Shown here: positions 49,216 through 63,284 of the stretch, in pieces | Position numbering within the stretch: position 1 is the stretch's first letter | Layout of the letters: the number at the start of each line of letters is the position of its first letter | Source: Phoronis australis | Lineage: Eukaryota > Animalia > Phoronida | DNA: 64,000 nt | Assembly: GCA_002633005.1 (NCBI GenBank) | Contig: NMRA01000051.1 | Coordinates: 561,273-625,272 of the forward strand | Direction of reading: 5' to 3' | The notes under the pieces: model-generated | What the model was told of the DNA's origin: nothing | Database searches by the model: none | The model's input: only the letters and a program-made list of their open reading frames with translations | Position numbers and translations under genes: made by a program

Positions 49216-51040
49216 AGGAGAATGCCCTCCTATTCAATTAGTCTTTTTTACCGTCTTAATCGGTCTATATCCACATCACCTCGTACATGGTCGATCTTAC
49301 CTCCCCTAGAGGTGTCGCGTTAACCTGTGAGGAAGGTGAGAAACGACGCAGCAACGTCAAGGGTTCTTCTGCAGAGTGAGTGCCGCTATGGTGTGGTGTA
49401 TCGTTCCCGCTTGTGCGCACTCTGAAGCTGCGAAGAAAGCGCGTTTATCGTTTTTTCGATTTCCTCGAGAGCCCATAATGCTTTGGAAGTGGCTCGCGGT
49501 AATGAAGAATGAAAAGTACGCCATTCGAGTACCAAGTTTGAGTCCGTGAAAATTCTCCGTGGTCTTTTAGTGGCTTGCATTTCGTCGGATCGGTTGTTGA
49601 TCAGATTTTGATTATGGATAATTGTAGTTGGCCATGAAAACATAAACAATTACAATTAATTCAAGGCGTGAGAACGTAACGTTTTATGTAACCTGTTTGA
49701 AGACTGATTCGTTCGTGAGGCTTCTGTTTAGTCCTCTGCAGTGGGTTTATGATGTTTTCGCCAGTTCTTTTTCTCAGCCCTAAAAAACGTCGTAAACCCA
49801 CCTCTGTTGAGATGCAGTGTAAAATCAGGATGGTCCGTGAGACAGATCTGCGCTAAGAAGGCGTTTCACTTGCGGAATTTCGTAGCAGCAAACGCAAGCG
49901 TCAGTCGTTTCCATTATTGTGCAGTTATCTCACTCACATCGTGACAAGTTATTCAAGCGGTTTTCGGAACTCAGTATCCATCAGTTCCATTGTCTGTACA
50001 CGTTCACGGAGCCTCTCTAGTTAATCAGTGTAATCCGGTTCGAACTGATAGCCTGCTGTGAAACCCAACGATCGACCTGTGAAGTCTTCGTCGGATGAGC
50101 ACTCGTGTAAGTCGGGATTACGAGTAGCCACGTTGACGTTTATTATTGTGCGTTCTGTTTCAAAATGAATTATTCTCACCCCAGCGCATGCTAATTCAGT
50201 GTTTGTTGACAGAAAGCTGTTTTATATCCTATGGTCAGATGTTAGAGGAATATTTATTTAGATATTCATGTACATTATTCAAATCATTGTTACTGTACAA
50301 CTTTTGCCGGCTTACGGTTCTGTCAAGACTAACCTGACTTCACGGCCCCCGACGATCTAGTAGTAGATTTGCAGTTTCGCGGCTAATTCACCAAAATAAC
50401 CACGTGTACACTGTACATTTTTTCTTTGGCTCACTAGTATAGTCTTTTCGTGACTGGAAGTTTAGTTTCCAACTTGGTTGGTTTATGTTCGTGATGTCTT
50501 CAGTCCCGGGCTGCGATGGGCCTGATCGGGTTCCGAGCCACTAGCCGAGATCATGAGCAAGCGTTTTGTGTGTTTAGAATTGAAAAAAAAATCGCAAGTC
50601 TGAAATTACAACACACAGCTGTGTTCTCCTGTCTGTATTTCACGGACGAATAATTTGAATTGATTACCGAACACACCCCAAACTCCCGCGACCGACCTTG
50701 TTACCGAACTTGGTAGGCTACGGTACGTTCAAATACCTAAAAATCCGTAAGAGCAAAAAAAAAAACACGTTTGTTCAATAACTCTATGTATTTGTAAGGG
50801 TTTTACATCGAATTTTAATGATTTTATGGTGTAAAACGATGAATTCAAGCGATAAGCTGACACCAGTAAGCGTGTTGTGAACTGCTGAACAGACTGCATT
50901 CGAACCTCTGTCGTCATTGGTTAATCTCATCACCTCCATCTGCCGTCTAGTGTCAGGTACAAGAACTGTACTTGCTGTTATCGAGTGGAACTACTCGATC
51001 TAAATTGCTTCAAACTAGTTTATTTGGGTGGCATTCTCCT
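49216..51040. mobile_element. Non-autonomous TTAA-targeting DNA transposon (Kolobok-like)
   Basis: TTAA|aggagaatgcc ... ggcattctcct|TTAA: 11-bp perfect terminal inverted repeat starting AGG. No transposase ORF. Confidence 0.7.
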
Positions 51041-51696
51041 TTAAGGGAATCTGACCGTGAAACATCCAGCCATCAGAACCACCATATGGCTTCTACAGTA
51101 TATATATGTATGCCCTTATAAAAACACATGTATTCTGTTCCATATAAACAAAAACATTCATAAATAAAGCTCTCAAGAACATGAAAATCGAATGTTGACT
51201 GTCAATTTTTGACTTAATTAAACAGTATTCCAAAATTCTTTGGCTACTCCTTCGAAGTTGCCATAACAATTCCTGTTAGATGTTAACTAAACTTTTAGTT
51301 GGTGAAGGAAATATATAGAAACAACCAACTGAAAAATACTGACACAGCCGACATGCTTATTATACGAAAGTAACTAGGAGGGAAATAATTGCGTTTAAAT
51401 CCTGCTTGATAAAAATGTTGTGGAATCTTCAACGCAGTTAACAAATCAAAACTTTGATTAGCCCGGACACTGAGGCCAGCATAGGTCAAACCTTTCTGCC
51501 GGTGTCACCACCACCGGTAGAGGGCGCAACATAAATGACTCGGAGGGGGCATAATTTACATTAATATCCGTTTTTATTCACATCTTTCGTTATACAGGTA
51601 TATTTCATTTAACACAAATATTACATAAAATGAGTTTCTTTAACAGAAGACACCAATAAAAGGATGAAAATTTTGAGACATCCAGTTGAGAAAACA

Positions 51697-52444
51697 GATA
51701 AAGTTTGAGTCTAATACTCGCTGGAGTACAAACTTAGAAAAATTAGCGACGTTATCCACGTTGGTCGTTCACCAAAGCGGAAAGATCAGAGAGGAGAAAA
51801 GTAAACACTCAGACAACCACTACTGTAAATTCTCCTACTCGTGTGGTGATTCCCTACGTCCAGGGTCTTTCCGACCGTCTCAAAAGGACAGTTACACAGT
51901 TTGCCATTTCTATCATCCACAAACCCTTTAATTCTCTCCGCAGCCAACTGGTTAATGTCAAAGACAAGACCCCCAAGGGTAATAAATCATGTGTTGTCTA
52001 TGGTGTTCAGTGTAAGGGTCCCCAGTGCTCAGACAGTTACACAGGTGAAACGAAACAGTCCATAAAAATGCATATGCCACAACAACGTCCGCGTCTTAGT
52101 TACGGGGAGGACACTTATGATTCGGCTGTTTTTAGCCACTTGTGCGCCACTGGACATGATTTCAATACTGATGATGTCACCAGCTAAACTGTAAGGAAGA
52201 CTGGTTCAGAAAGTGTGTAAAGGAAGCTCACCACTAGCGCATTGAGAGTCCCTCTTTAAATAAAAGAGGCGATCGATTTGTCACACGTAAGGGATGGTGT
52301 TCTGACGTCCATGCCGCGCTGTCTGGTCAAAACGCCATCAATTGGCCAGAATAACGATAACGTCACAAGCCAAGTCCGTGAGATGCGGACGCAACGTCGC
52401 TAATTTTGTAAGTTTTTATTCCAGTATTAGACTCAAACTTTATC
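51697..52444 (+). mobile_element. Penelope-like element remnant (GIY-YIG endonuclease) with ~55-bp inverted termini
   Basis: ORF 51843-52187 IPYVQGLSDRLKR..KPFNSLRSQLVNVKDK..CVVYGVQC..CSDSYTGETKQ..SAVFSH matches the Penelope RT C-terminus and GIY-YIG domain. gataaagtttgagtctaatact (51697-51718) is perfectly inverted at 52423-52444. Confidence 0.85.
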
Positions 52445-55400
52445 AAAAGACAGCAATATTGAGCAAGAAATTCGCATGTTCGTCAAACGAAATTCACACA
52501 GGATTCCTTTAAAAATTAATAATGAATACTGAAATTTCTATTGATACACGTACCTACTGAACAAAATGGTAGCCACAGTTGAATAACAACGAACTTGAAA
52601 ATTAATGATTAAAATACATGTACACTCACGTTTAGGGTTGCATTTCACGAAATGTTCCTATTTTAGTGATACACTGATATTTCGCGACCCATAGGTGGGA
52701 CTCATTCTATATATGTTGGCCCCACTGACATAAGTTTTCACGGCCATATATGTTCATATCAAGTGTAAAGCAAATACATTAAAATAGTACTAAAAGTAAC
52801 ACAATTTGCATGCATAAATGTGAATACATGTGTGGGAAAGAAATAATTCTACACTGACACGATATGGGTCAAGACGTAGAAATTGCAGGCACTCCCATAG
52901 AGAAAGTGCCAATTTGCGTGTTTCATTCATGCGTCTTTCGGAATATAAAAACGAGAACAGTCTTTCCTTCGTCCCACCTTCACTTCTGCACGATGGGGAC
53001 ATAGGTTGTTTTTACTTTTCAACTTCTCACTCTCGAAACGCACTCATTTTTGTGTCAAGTCTTTACAAGTCTAAAATGAAGTTTTTTGACACATTTCCTT
53101 TGAGTTGAGCACATACGTAAAGGTCAGTCGCACGTTGAGAAACGAAGTTAATTTTAATTAGAGCATTGTAAGGCACTTCCAATTGAAAACAAGAGATTAA
53201 TCTCTTCCCTGCCAGGCATGTGTACAGGATAAAAATAAAGAAATAAAATAAAAAACAGTGAGCCATGTCTAGCTTTTAAAAGCATTGAACAAGTCCTTGC
53301 CAAATATTCTCGACCTAACGCTATGCAGGAATGAGTTCATCTACAATAGTATCCAATCTTCTAGCGAATTTATCGAGGTGAGTCAGGTTCACATACGTCA
53401 AACAGTAGATGCCGCATTTAACTGTGTCACCAGGAGTGCGTTCCGTGGAGTCTGACGGAACAACCTCGCCGGCCAAAATGTAGAAAAAGCTTTTCGTTTA
53501 TATTGTACCCTCACAAAATGGCGGCAATTGAAGACATTGATCGTTGAGATTGGAATGCTGAATTATAGGGTAGAATTTATAGTTTTGGTTCTTGCCGCTT
53601 GGTGATGACAGTGTAATTCTTTGCTGTTATGGAACACACATACCAGCAATATCAGCAGTTTCTTGATACGAAAAACCGCACTAAAAGATTGGACTACAAC
53701 TCAGAATGTTGAACTATGGGAGTAAATGGCACGTATACGTTAAGGTCCCCTCTACACATTGGCTCGAGGTATTGGTCACCGTTGCATTAGCCAACCTACA
53801 AAGTATGTGAAACAGTTCGTATAATTTTGCAGCAAAAATGTCCCTTCTGCAGAGAATTGAGTCAGAAAAGACGCGCAGCGAAAAACTCCTGTCATAGGAG
53901 CAACCTCGCAACCAAAGCATTGTAAGATACAGACTGGAATGCAGCAGAATGACTCAGCACTGCCTTGCATAGCGTATACATCACATACATGTAAAGGTAT
54001 ATCTTGTCTCATGGTTCATAGATCATAAACATAAATGGCGCTGGTTCGAGGTTTTGACGTTGTGGTATTGATATAGCCTCTATGTCTACTGACTTGCACG
54101 CAAAATCACAGATCTAGTGCATTGATAATATACAGAGTTGTCGGTCCATGCACTAATTATGAGTGTATAATAAACGTTGATGTGAATGCACACGGACCAC
54201 AGCGTGTAGAGCTGCATTTCACCATTCTGTTAATAACGAAGACCGGATTACTGGTCATTTAGGCCACTGTCATAAAGTCGGTCTCTAATATTCCTTTACC
54301 ATGATAGGATTCTATTTCCGTTCCCAACAAAAATATCGAAACGACCAAAGAGTCAAGAAAAAACACCTCGGAATGGTAATTATTATGGTTATGAATTCGA
54401 AAATAGCGCATGTACGCATCGCCTGTGACTTAAGCCAGCTCACATGGCAACGATTCAAGTGTGGTAATGTTTTTAAACCCATAATACATCGGTTGAGAAT
54501 TCAGCATTGAAACCTAAACACTGGCCAAATGCATGTCCTAGCTACAATTGGACACACCCGAACTTTTACTCGTTCAATACCTACAAAAAATTACCGAAAC
54601 ATCCCAAACTTCATTAATAGGTGCTGTCAACAACTAGGAGATTCTCATTTCAATTTTACATTAAATGTTTAACAGAACTACACGAGCCCGACAGTACCAA
54701 CTTCAAGTTCTATCACAGTCCTTAGCGAAAGTAACTAACGAACCGAGCGACAGATACCTCCACGACAAATAAATAACAAAAAAGATAACATATCGACCAC
54801 AACCAGAACAACTTACCAGGTTTAGATTTCGAAACATATTCAAGTGTTAAGGGTATGTAGGACCTCATTGACAAGTCTGCGTATTTAGCCAAATACATGT
54901 ATATACAAAACAATTAATTTCAACTCAATAAAAGCAATTACATTTTCTGAAAGTAAAAAGCCTGAAGTTTTGATTTTTGACTTTTTATCGGTCTTTAATT
55001 AATTGGGCCACGTGATCACGTCTTTTTAGTAAAATTTGACAAAAAGATAGGTACACTCAAGATATCATTTCGAATTCGTTTTATGGAACTTATGAAAATT
55101 ATAAAAATCCTTATTTTAATAGTCCCTAATGCAAAATGGAACATTTTAAAAACAACTTTTAACAAAGTTGTGAAGATCAGTGCATAAAACATAGTATCTG
55201 AAAGTTTCATATGAATGCGACCAGCCATTTCTGAGATATGATGTTCCAAAATGGGCCAGATTTGGACATTTTTCTAGGATCCTAAATAACCTTAACATAC
55301 CGCGAACATATCCCGATTTAACAGCAGTATGGATATTCATACATTGTTTCGTAAAATTCAAGCTCATAGGCTTGAACAAGTAATTAGCTGCATTTGTGAT

Positions 55401-55805
55401 TATAATTCAATCCTCTCTAACTAGATAAGGATATAAGAACGTAAAAAACTGCATCTTCTTCTGTCTGTTGTAGCCAGGCCTTTGCCCCACTTCCCTTTGC
55501 CTCATGTTGCAAATCTGCTACTGAACAGCGGGAATTCAACCGAGGATTGTAAGACTTCATGCTGATTTTCCGCGTGCATTGCTACAGACAAGATGGCATT
55601 TTGGCCCACTGTTACACTTTTCGAAACTTACAAGTGCTCTAGTGCGTGCATGTCATCTGCTCCGCCTATGTGAACTCCAGTTCGGCAATTCGTCATTGTA
55701 CGAGTAGCACAACTGAATCGTTGAAGTTGTACAATTCGGTTATTTCTGAGGCAAAACGTTAAAAAACAGTCTATTGAGTTCAGAATAACCTTGCAAGTGA
55801 GTGTT

Positions 55806-58800
55806 TTACATTTCTCCTATTGGTTGATAATGCGATTCACAAGAATCTTCCGAACCTGCATACATGTCCGGTTCTTGATTCGTGTTGCAAGCACAAGAGA
55901 ATTTGTCGTGGCTGGGCCAGTCAAGGGCAGGATTGTCGAAGCCCCGCTGCAGTGAGGACAAACCAGACATTTTGTGGATCGATTTATCTGTGTTGGAATA
56001 TTGGGGAAGATACGTCTTAGGATTGACTAAAGGTGGCTCTTCCAAAATAGTCGATTCACCTCCAAGGTGGTTGATGTTGGATGTGTAGAGGGACGGTTGA
56101 TCAGTTGAAATCGTATCTGAGGAGCTCGAAATGGAGAGAGATCTCAGCGAACGGCTTGACTGTGCCGTTAAATCTTGAATCGATGGTAGCCTGGGACGTG
56201 GTCTTGGACTCTCAGCACGAGCTCGCCTGCGTTTCACAACACAAACTGTTGATACTGTGATTACGATCACGAGTAAAACAAATCCAGCGCTTCCGATGGA
56301 TAGACCAAGAATCAAAGGAGATGCCGGGCTGTCCGGATCATCTGCAACGGAATATGTTTTTAATCGAGTGCAAACATGCGTAACATTTTGAAAACTCACC
56401 CTAACCCTAAACCCAACCCTAACCCTTACCTACACTAATGGATTCTCTTGCCAAAACCTAGTGTTTGATTCAGCCCACTTCCGTTATAAAACGCACTAGT
56501 CTCCACCTAGAAGTAATTTCTGAGCTTGGACAGACAAGAAAATTCGTGATCGCTCGAGATCATGCATGCCTGGCACAAATAAGGCCACGAGCGGCGGTCA
56601 CGCCAACTTGTTGCCAGCCAAGCACCGAAATTATTTCCAATCTGCTGTGAAAAGAAACAGACTGAGACCAGAGCCCGGCATGGGGTCTAATTTTTATACT
56701 CGAAATCGAACTGTAAATTATTTTTGGCATGTTCCGTTCTTTTTAGTACCAACTCGAAATAAGCTTCCATTAGTCTCTGATCGAGTAAATTATGACTGAC
56801 GGCCTAATCGCAGTTTGCATTTGATGACCCCAGAATTAACGCAGTAGGTTCAAGACTCGAATGAATCTAGAGCTTTCAATCAAAATATCTAATTATTACT
56901 GGAATTATACCTCGAATCTAGTGGTCATCAAGTACGAATGTAGGTGGACTAGACACTCGTCTACGTAAACCGTAATACTTGAGAACAGGGGCCCGTTCCA
57001 GGAAACTGACTTAAGTCCATTTTCAACTTAAGTCTAAGACTTGTCTCAAATTGAAATCTTCCATATCCGGTAGGTTAATCAAAACTACAACAAAACTTAA
57101 ATCAAGAACTGATACCAAACTTAAAATCTCCTTGAAACAAACTCGCGGCAAAGTTTTATCTTAAAATTGGCTGAAATTTAAGTTTTGTCTTAGCTAAGTC
57201 AGTTTTCTTGGAACGGACTCCAGAATAATAAACACATTTCAAGTTCATACTAAAATAGAACATAACATGTCAAAATATTTTCGAGTTTGGAGATAAAACG
57301 CCGGGCCCCGGGTCCTTGACCACCAAATCTAGCCTGAGACATAATTCGAAAATTTACCAATAACAGGGCGAGTAACTAAAAACAAATCGAAGCGATTTGT
57401 CAATTTTGTAGCCCGTCTCGCGTGAGGTTTGAAGCTTACAACTCCGTTTTTACAGTGACTAAATCCGCAACATTTTAACAGAAGCCAAGTTTAAAGCAAA
57501 TTTAGTGACCTGGAATTACGACTGTGATAATATTCCTCACCTACTACAAACTGGCAAGTCTCGTTGTAGTGTCGGCAAGCTGAAGGTGTTCCATTCTTGT
57601 TCTCACACCATTTACACCCAGTCAAGAGGCGGCAGTCACTAAGAATAGGAGAAGTAAAAACGACCTCAGCCGTGAAGAAGAATCAAATGAACTGCAACTG
57701 ACATGCTATCACCAGGGCACCAATCCGCCAGGTTTCCAATTTATAACAAGTGATATACAATTCCAAATAAAAGGGAAGAAAACGAGATACAAGTGACCCA
57801 GTTATCACTTGCCAGAGAGGTGTTCCATGAGAAATACAGGTGTCTTCCTGAAGTTGAAAACCTGGATCAATTTACTCTGGAAAATGTACAAAACACGAGG
57901 GCATTTGAACAATCTCAGTATATACGTGCAGCAAAAAAGCTGCTCCCCTTGGCAAAAATATTCTGGACAGACCCCCAAATGGTAGCACATGTAATTGACA
58001 AATGATCTCCTAAGTTATCTCCCTTTTCCATGCTTTGTTGTGGCTTTTCTTGGCTGCTCCCTCCAGGCTCAGCCCTATACATATGCTGGTTGCTATGGTA
58101 TCTCCACGACATCTGCAAATTGTTGGGAAGAGGGAGGGTCATGTGCCTCTCTCCACCGGCCCTTCGCTTTCTACGGCCCTGTGTATACGTATCTAACCAA
58201 AAAATGGCTTCAAAATATTCTATTTTGACTTTGCATTAAACATAGAACTGTCTCTTGAATGTTTCTACATCAGTCATTACGAATGTGTGTGGCCTGATAT
58301 TACTGTGTCATTAATTTACCTTCGTTTGGTTTGTTTGGCACACTTGTAATCAAAGCAACGGTTCATATTCCTGTCTGGCCCCCCAGGAACTTCACCGCCC
58401 ATGGCCATCGTTGCTAAGTGAGGACTACACGTGGGCAGAGAATCACTGAAATTAAAAATATCGTCAGTCAGAATCTAAATTTCACGCCGTCTAGTTAATA
58501 ATCAATCAAATTCAGCTGTAAATCAACCATATTCACTGGAATCAACAAGAGCCCCGCGAAGCGTTGAAATAATCTCACAAATGAACCGCAAATGGCAAGC
58601 TTCTAGAATATCATGAACTGGGACACTACGTCGCAAAATACTTCGAACCTTTTTGAAAATTAGAAGGAGTCGTTGTCTCCCTAGTGGAAAACTATTATCC
58701 ATATTTCTTGATATTTCATCGAGGTACTCAAAAGAAACAGCGGCAAACATAAAAAACTCACACTGCACTAGGAGGCGCGAGCGTTAACTGGATCGGTCCA

Positions 58801-60652
58801 GCTGTTGCCAATTAATGGGAATACACTTGGCAATCTTCATAAAGATCCTGCACTATAGTTTTAAGAGTTACAGCGCACCTTCCAGTGGTTTGGTATGTAA
58901 AGAGGCGAACACCAGAAATGGAATCAAAAACAACAAAAATGGCCACAACGTGGCGTAAAATACGCCGAATCCAACCGAGAATAAAATGGCATCATTGTCT
59001 CCCTAATAGAAACCTACTTGCCAAATTTCAAAAAATCCACCCGGGAACTCCGAAGAAACATACCCAAACGTAATGAACTATAATTGCTATGGGACACAAC
59101 GGTACTAGTGAGATCGGTTCGAAATTCGCCGTCTTCTGTCGACAGCGTAACAGGAACACATCTGCCAAGTCTCATAAAATCTTGCAAGGGGTTTGTAGGA
59201 CACAGCAGCGGGCGCCAGACACCGCACGACGGACACTCGGACAGGGTGACTGCAATATACACCACTTATGTGGGTGCATAAAAATAACCACTAGATGACG
59301 TGGAATATGTCAAATCCGTCCTGAAATGGATAGGCGCCATCCTCTCCATAATGGGAACCTATTCAGGGAGGCAAAATGGTTCTCCCGTAGCAACACAACT
59401 TTGTAAAGAACCTACCGTCAAGCTCACTCATAGGATCGCTCCACATATTTAGTTAAACTGACGGAAACTGAGTAGCAGCAGTTCGCACCAGTTGATGAGA
59501 CATTCATTATTGATTATTGATTATAGCCAATATCGTTGAAAACGTACTTATCTGTAATAATGCCTGCAAACAGGTTCTAGTTGTGACCAACACGCCAAAT
59601 TTCATGAAACCTACCGAGGAACGTAAAAAATAAAATTGTCACTAGGAGGCGCACCGGTCGTCAGATCGCCCTCCCGTAACGCGTCGTCATCCTATCAGCT
59701 TTCATAGGAAGCAGCTGCCGAATCTCGTTAAGTTCCTGCAAGGGGTTTAGGAGACACCCAGACGGCGATAGGCACCCACATATGCATACGTGGGCGCATA
59801 AAAAACAACACCTTTGGTATGAAGCCAAAGGGTTCCTCCGTTTGCCGTGCTTCTAAGACAATGTCTTTCTGACATTAATCCTTTCACCAACACTGTCGAG
59901 GCTGTTTTATTCATCTCTCACGATTTCCAGACGCAAAACGAAAAGTCCGAATTTGTTCACACACCGTAAACATGGCGACATGTTGAATGTAATTACGCAG
60001 AGCTTTCTCGTTATTCTGTCACAGCTTCGTCGACAACTGCAAAGAAGTTGTACCTTACCTGGAAGGGTTGTATCTATTTTCGCAGTAGTGGTAGTATGAG
60101 TGTGCTTTCTCATAACAGGGGCACTCGCAGGCGTCTTTATCGGTTTTGGCACATTCCGAGATGCCATCCTATAGGAAAAAAGAATAAAACTACAAAAATT
60201 GGATTAAAACAGTTTTATTACATGTACTATCAGAGATAACTGAATCAGAACGAAGAGCATCCAGACAAATGTCAAAGCTTGAATGCCCAACTTGGGTCAT
60301 TGGGGGTGACTGATCATGACTTCTAAGGACATCGGAAAAGTGCTAGCCAATCCCAATCCAGGTGACAAGTCGACCGCGGAAACGCTACGGCCAGACTGTA
60401 AGTCTATGTTTTATATTATTACAAAATGCGAAAGCTTACCAAACATCTGCACTGGTTGTATGCCGGGATGTCAACAGTGTGAATACCCAGAAAGAGGTTG
60501 GAATCCGGCACTCTGTCGAGGAGTATGAGAACTTCACCATTACTGTCCGCTTGGCGGAAACGCTGGTACAGAGACACCTGGAAGAAGAGCTTGAAAGTAG
60601 GGAGCATGAATATTTCATTTCGTGAGTAGGATATTGTATTATGTAGTGCACG

Positions 60653-60706
<54 letters not shown>

Positions 60707-63284
60707 ACGCGCGTGCGTATGTGATAACCTATATTTGCCGCCAGTTGCGACGTAGCAGCACGTTGTGGCATTGTGTGGATTCATGAACTTAATTACAACT
60801 CCTACCTTTTAATTAATTAATTAATTAATTAATTATACAAATACCCATAACGAAAGAAATGTGTGCTAATGTGGAATTAATCCAACATGCACCCAACATT
60901 TTTCAGTAAGACGTTGAAATACATAAAAGAAAACACCATGTTTACCCGCCAAGTATTGTAAATTCGGATGCGCTTGTAGTCAATACATCCCTTTCGCTTT
61001 AAAATTTTCGACCCAATCAGCTGATTGGCTATCCATGGCAACTGAAACAAACAATCCAGCTTTCAGAATAACTACGTTTCAATAAATGATGTTTAACACA
61101 AAATGCAACTGATGATAATGCCTCATTGCACCATTACATCCTCTTGCAACATATCGAGCATAACGTTACGTGTCGCCTGATGCAATAAACTCCGACAATC
61201 AAAATAATCAAATAAGCTTAAAAACAAAACAAAAAACATTGTGACAATTACGAAAGGTGAACCTAATGTTTTTACCATTTTAATTATGTGGACCGGTTGC
61301 ATGTAAGCCTGTTGACTGTCATGGGCTGCAAGGTTTTCATGCATCACAACAAACCCGCTGCTATCAAGTAAGAAACACCTGTCGACAGGATAAAAAAGCA
61401 AGTAAAAGAAAGAGAAAATAACAGATACGCAAACATGTTTGATGTCATTTAATTTTGAAGGACAAAAAACTGGTTACAGTACGTACAGAGACAGGGATCA
61501 AAGTGTCGGTTGGCCTTTCATATTCAGTCATGGAGTTTTACGTTTCACCAAATGATAAGCGAAAAACCTGTTATCAAGTGGTAATCAGTGAAGCGCATCT
61601 TACGAATGAAGCTCATGACTGACTGAAATTCATTTACATTCAGAAATTGACCAGGCATTCATTTATTTAACGCTTTGTGTGGCAATAAGATTTATTAGAA
61701 AGTGCAGTAGTATCAATATTGTCACGTACTCCTTTCAATAAAACTACATACATAAATACATACATGCATAGATTACATACATGCATGCATACATACATAC
61801 ATACATACATACATACATACATACATACATACATACATACATACATACATACCTGAACTTGCTTAAGGTGCATGCTTTATTAGATTCAATCATTTTCTTA
61901 TAAAGATACTCTAAGGTGACGTCAGTTGCCAGAACGCCGGCAATTCGATCGTAGCGGGCGTAGCGAGTAGATTTTCTGCACAAAAAAGTGAAGTGCATAT
62001 GCGTCAGGTAAACCTAATGCAGGTAAATATTAAAGACAACCGTAATCTAATTGATATCTGCCGCGTCGCATTAAATGGATACAACAAAATACGCACACGG
62101 CTCCTCGTCCAGCCAAGATCTGCTTAGAGTATGCTTCCGATTTACAGATTAGGCAAGAACTCGTCTGCATTTATAGATGGTTAACTTCGAGTAAACATCG
62201 ATTACATGGTAACATATTGATGGTCACGTGACTCCCGTATCTGGAAAACTGATACTAACGTATCTTATTGAGGTGGGACTCAATAGTTTTCTTTGAGCCA
62301 CTGTTGAATCATAGAATATTTCTTTGAGTCACAGTTGAGTTTGACTCCTACAATTTCATTAAAATTTGCGCCTGCGTTGGCTGAGCATTTTAAGTTTTGT
62401 GGTGCACGTGAAGGCTACTATGGACGAATGGCATTTGCTTGATTTTTGAATCTGTACTGAATGAAAGGTTTCACATATTGACCCCTTGACACACTTTTTG
62501 CTCAATGTAGCTAATTACTGCTTGCAAGTACAGGGAAGTTGAAATTTAGCAAGAAATTCAGGTACCTTTCAAAACTTTGGATTAGTAAAAAATCTAGTTG
62601 GTCGACACTCACGTTTCGCCTGATTTCTGTAATCTGGAGAGCCTGAACGCACTGCTTCTCAGTTCGAAGTAATCATATGCGAATGGTGGTTTTGGGGTGA
62701 TAATTGCTACTTTGGTGTAATTTTGCTCGCTTTTTATGTAGCTGGCTGCACTTCCGGTGGTTGTAAAAGATGGAAAAAGTGCCTTTGGGATCAATTTCAG
62801 TACACTTGGTGAAAGATTTTTGAAGTCTTTGTCCCACTAAATGGTTCACATTTTCAGGTTTTGTAGATCCTGTGTAACAGACTGTTGAAGCTTCCAAGAT
62901 CTGTTTTTCAAGCCCAACATCAACTAAAGGTGTCGAGGGCCTCCTTATTAATCAAATTGTAGTAAATTGAATGAGAACTATACGGATAGCTTGGTGGTCC
63001 GCCTCCCTTGGGGTATACGTGTGTCCTTTTAGCTTAGTCATTACACTTTCTCGCTGCCCATGTGACTGCGCTGATATATCTTTGAAGATATCTTGGCTAC
63101 AAAGAGACTCAGTTTTTACTCCATTGCCCAGCTGATGGAGGTGCTAACACCCATAACAGTGGCCAATACTTACTTTCCATGAAAAATTGTGTTGGTAATT
63201 GTCACAACATTTCTTGTTCCCCATTCATCAGCGCGAGGTGCTGCAAACACGCGTTGACCTCTATTGCCTAGAGTTCGTAAAAAC
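55806..63284 (-). CDS. VWFA and cache domain-containing protein 1-like (CACHD1-like), 3' portion; 5' exons off-window
   Basis: Phase-consistent exons 63174-63284 (FLRTLGNRGQRVFAAPRADEWGTRNVVTITNTIF), 61853-61975 (IAGVLATDVTLEYLYK), 61276-61378 (RCFLLDSSGFVVMH), 60946-61041, 60440-60577 (VPDSNLFLGI), 60059-60168 (CECPC), 58320-58445, 57541-57638 (DC..TGCKWC), 55806-56341 (TM helix, KRRR stop-transfer, cytoplasmic tail). The order second Cache domain, Cys-rich region, TM matches CACHD1. Confidence 0.82.
56398..56432. repeat. Degenerate telomere-like (CCCTAA)n tract
   Basis: accctaaccctaaacccaaccctaacccttaccta. Confidence 0.7.
56988..57221. mobile_element. MITE
   Basis: Terminal inverted repeats ccgttccaggaaactgactta and taagtcagttttcttggaacgg. 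Confidence 0.7.
58544..59803 (+). mobile_element. HINE/DINE-1-like family A, two adjacent or nested copies
   Basis: Starts AACAAGAG..AGCGTTGAAAT. Terminal motifs TGTGGGTGCATAA (~59283) and GTGGGCGCATAA (~59802), the second within a stem-loop (cccac..gtggg) and following gacacccagacgg. Confidence 0.65.
60654..60702. repeat. (GT)n microsatellite
   Basis: Pure GT run. Confidence 0.95.
61745..61852. repeat. (TACA)n microsatellite that begins at a splice donor
   Basis: On the minus strand the intron begins GTATGTATGTAT... Confidence 0.95.

Noticed and set aside
56398-56432. Chromosome fusion or telomere-healing site
   Set aside because: Only ~35 bp of degenerate repeat within an intact gene's intron.
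62609-62941. Extra CACHD1-like exon
   Set aside because: The flanking exons join directly in phase and match the expected Cache domain; these ORFs have no recognisable similarity.
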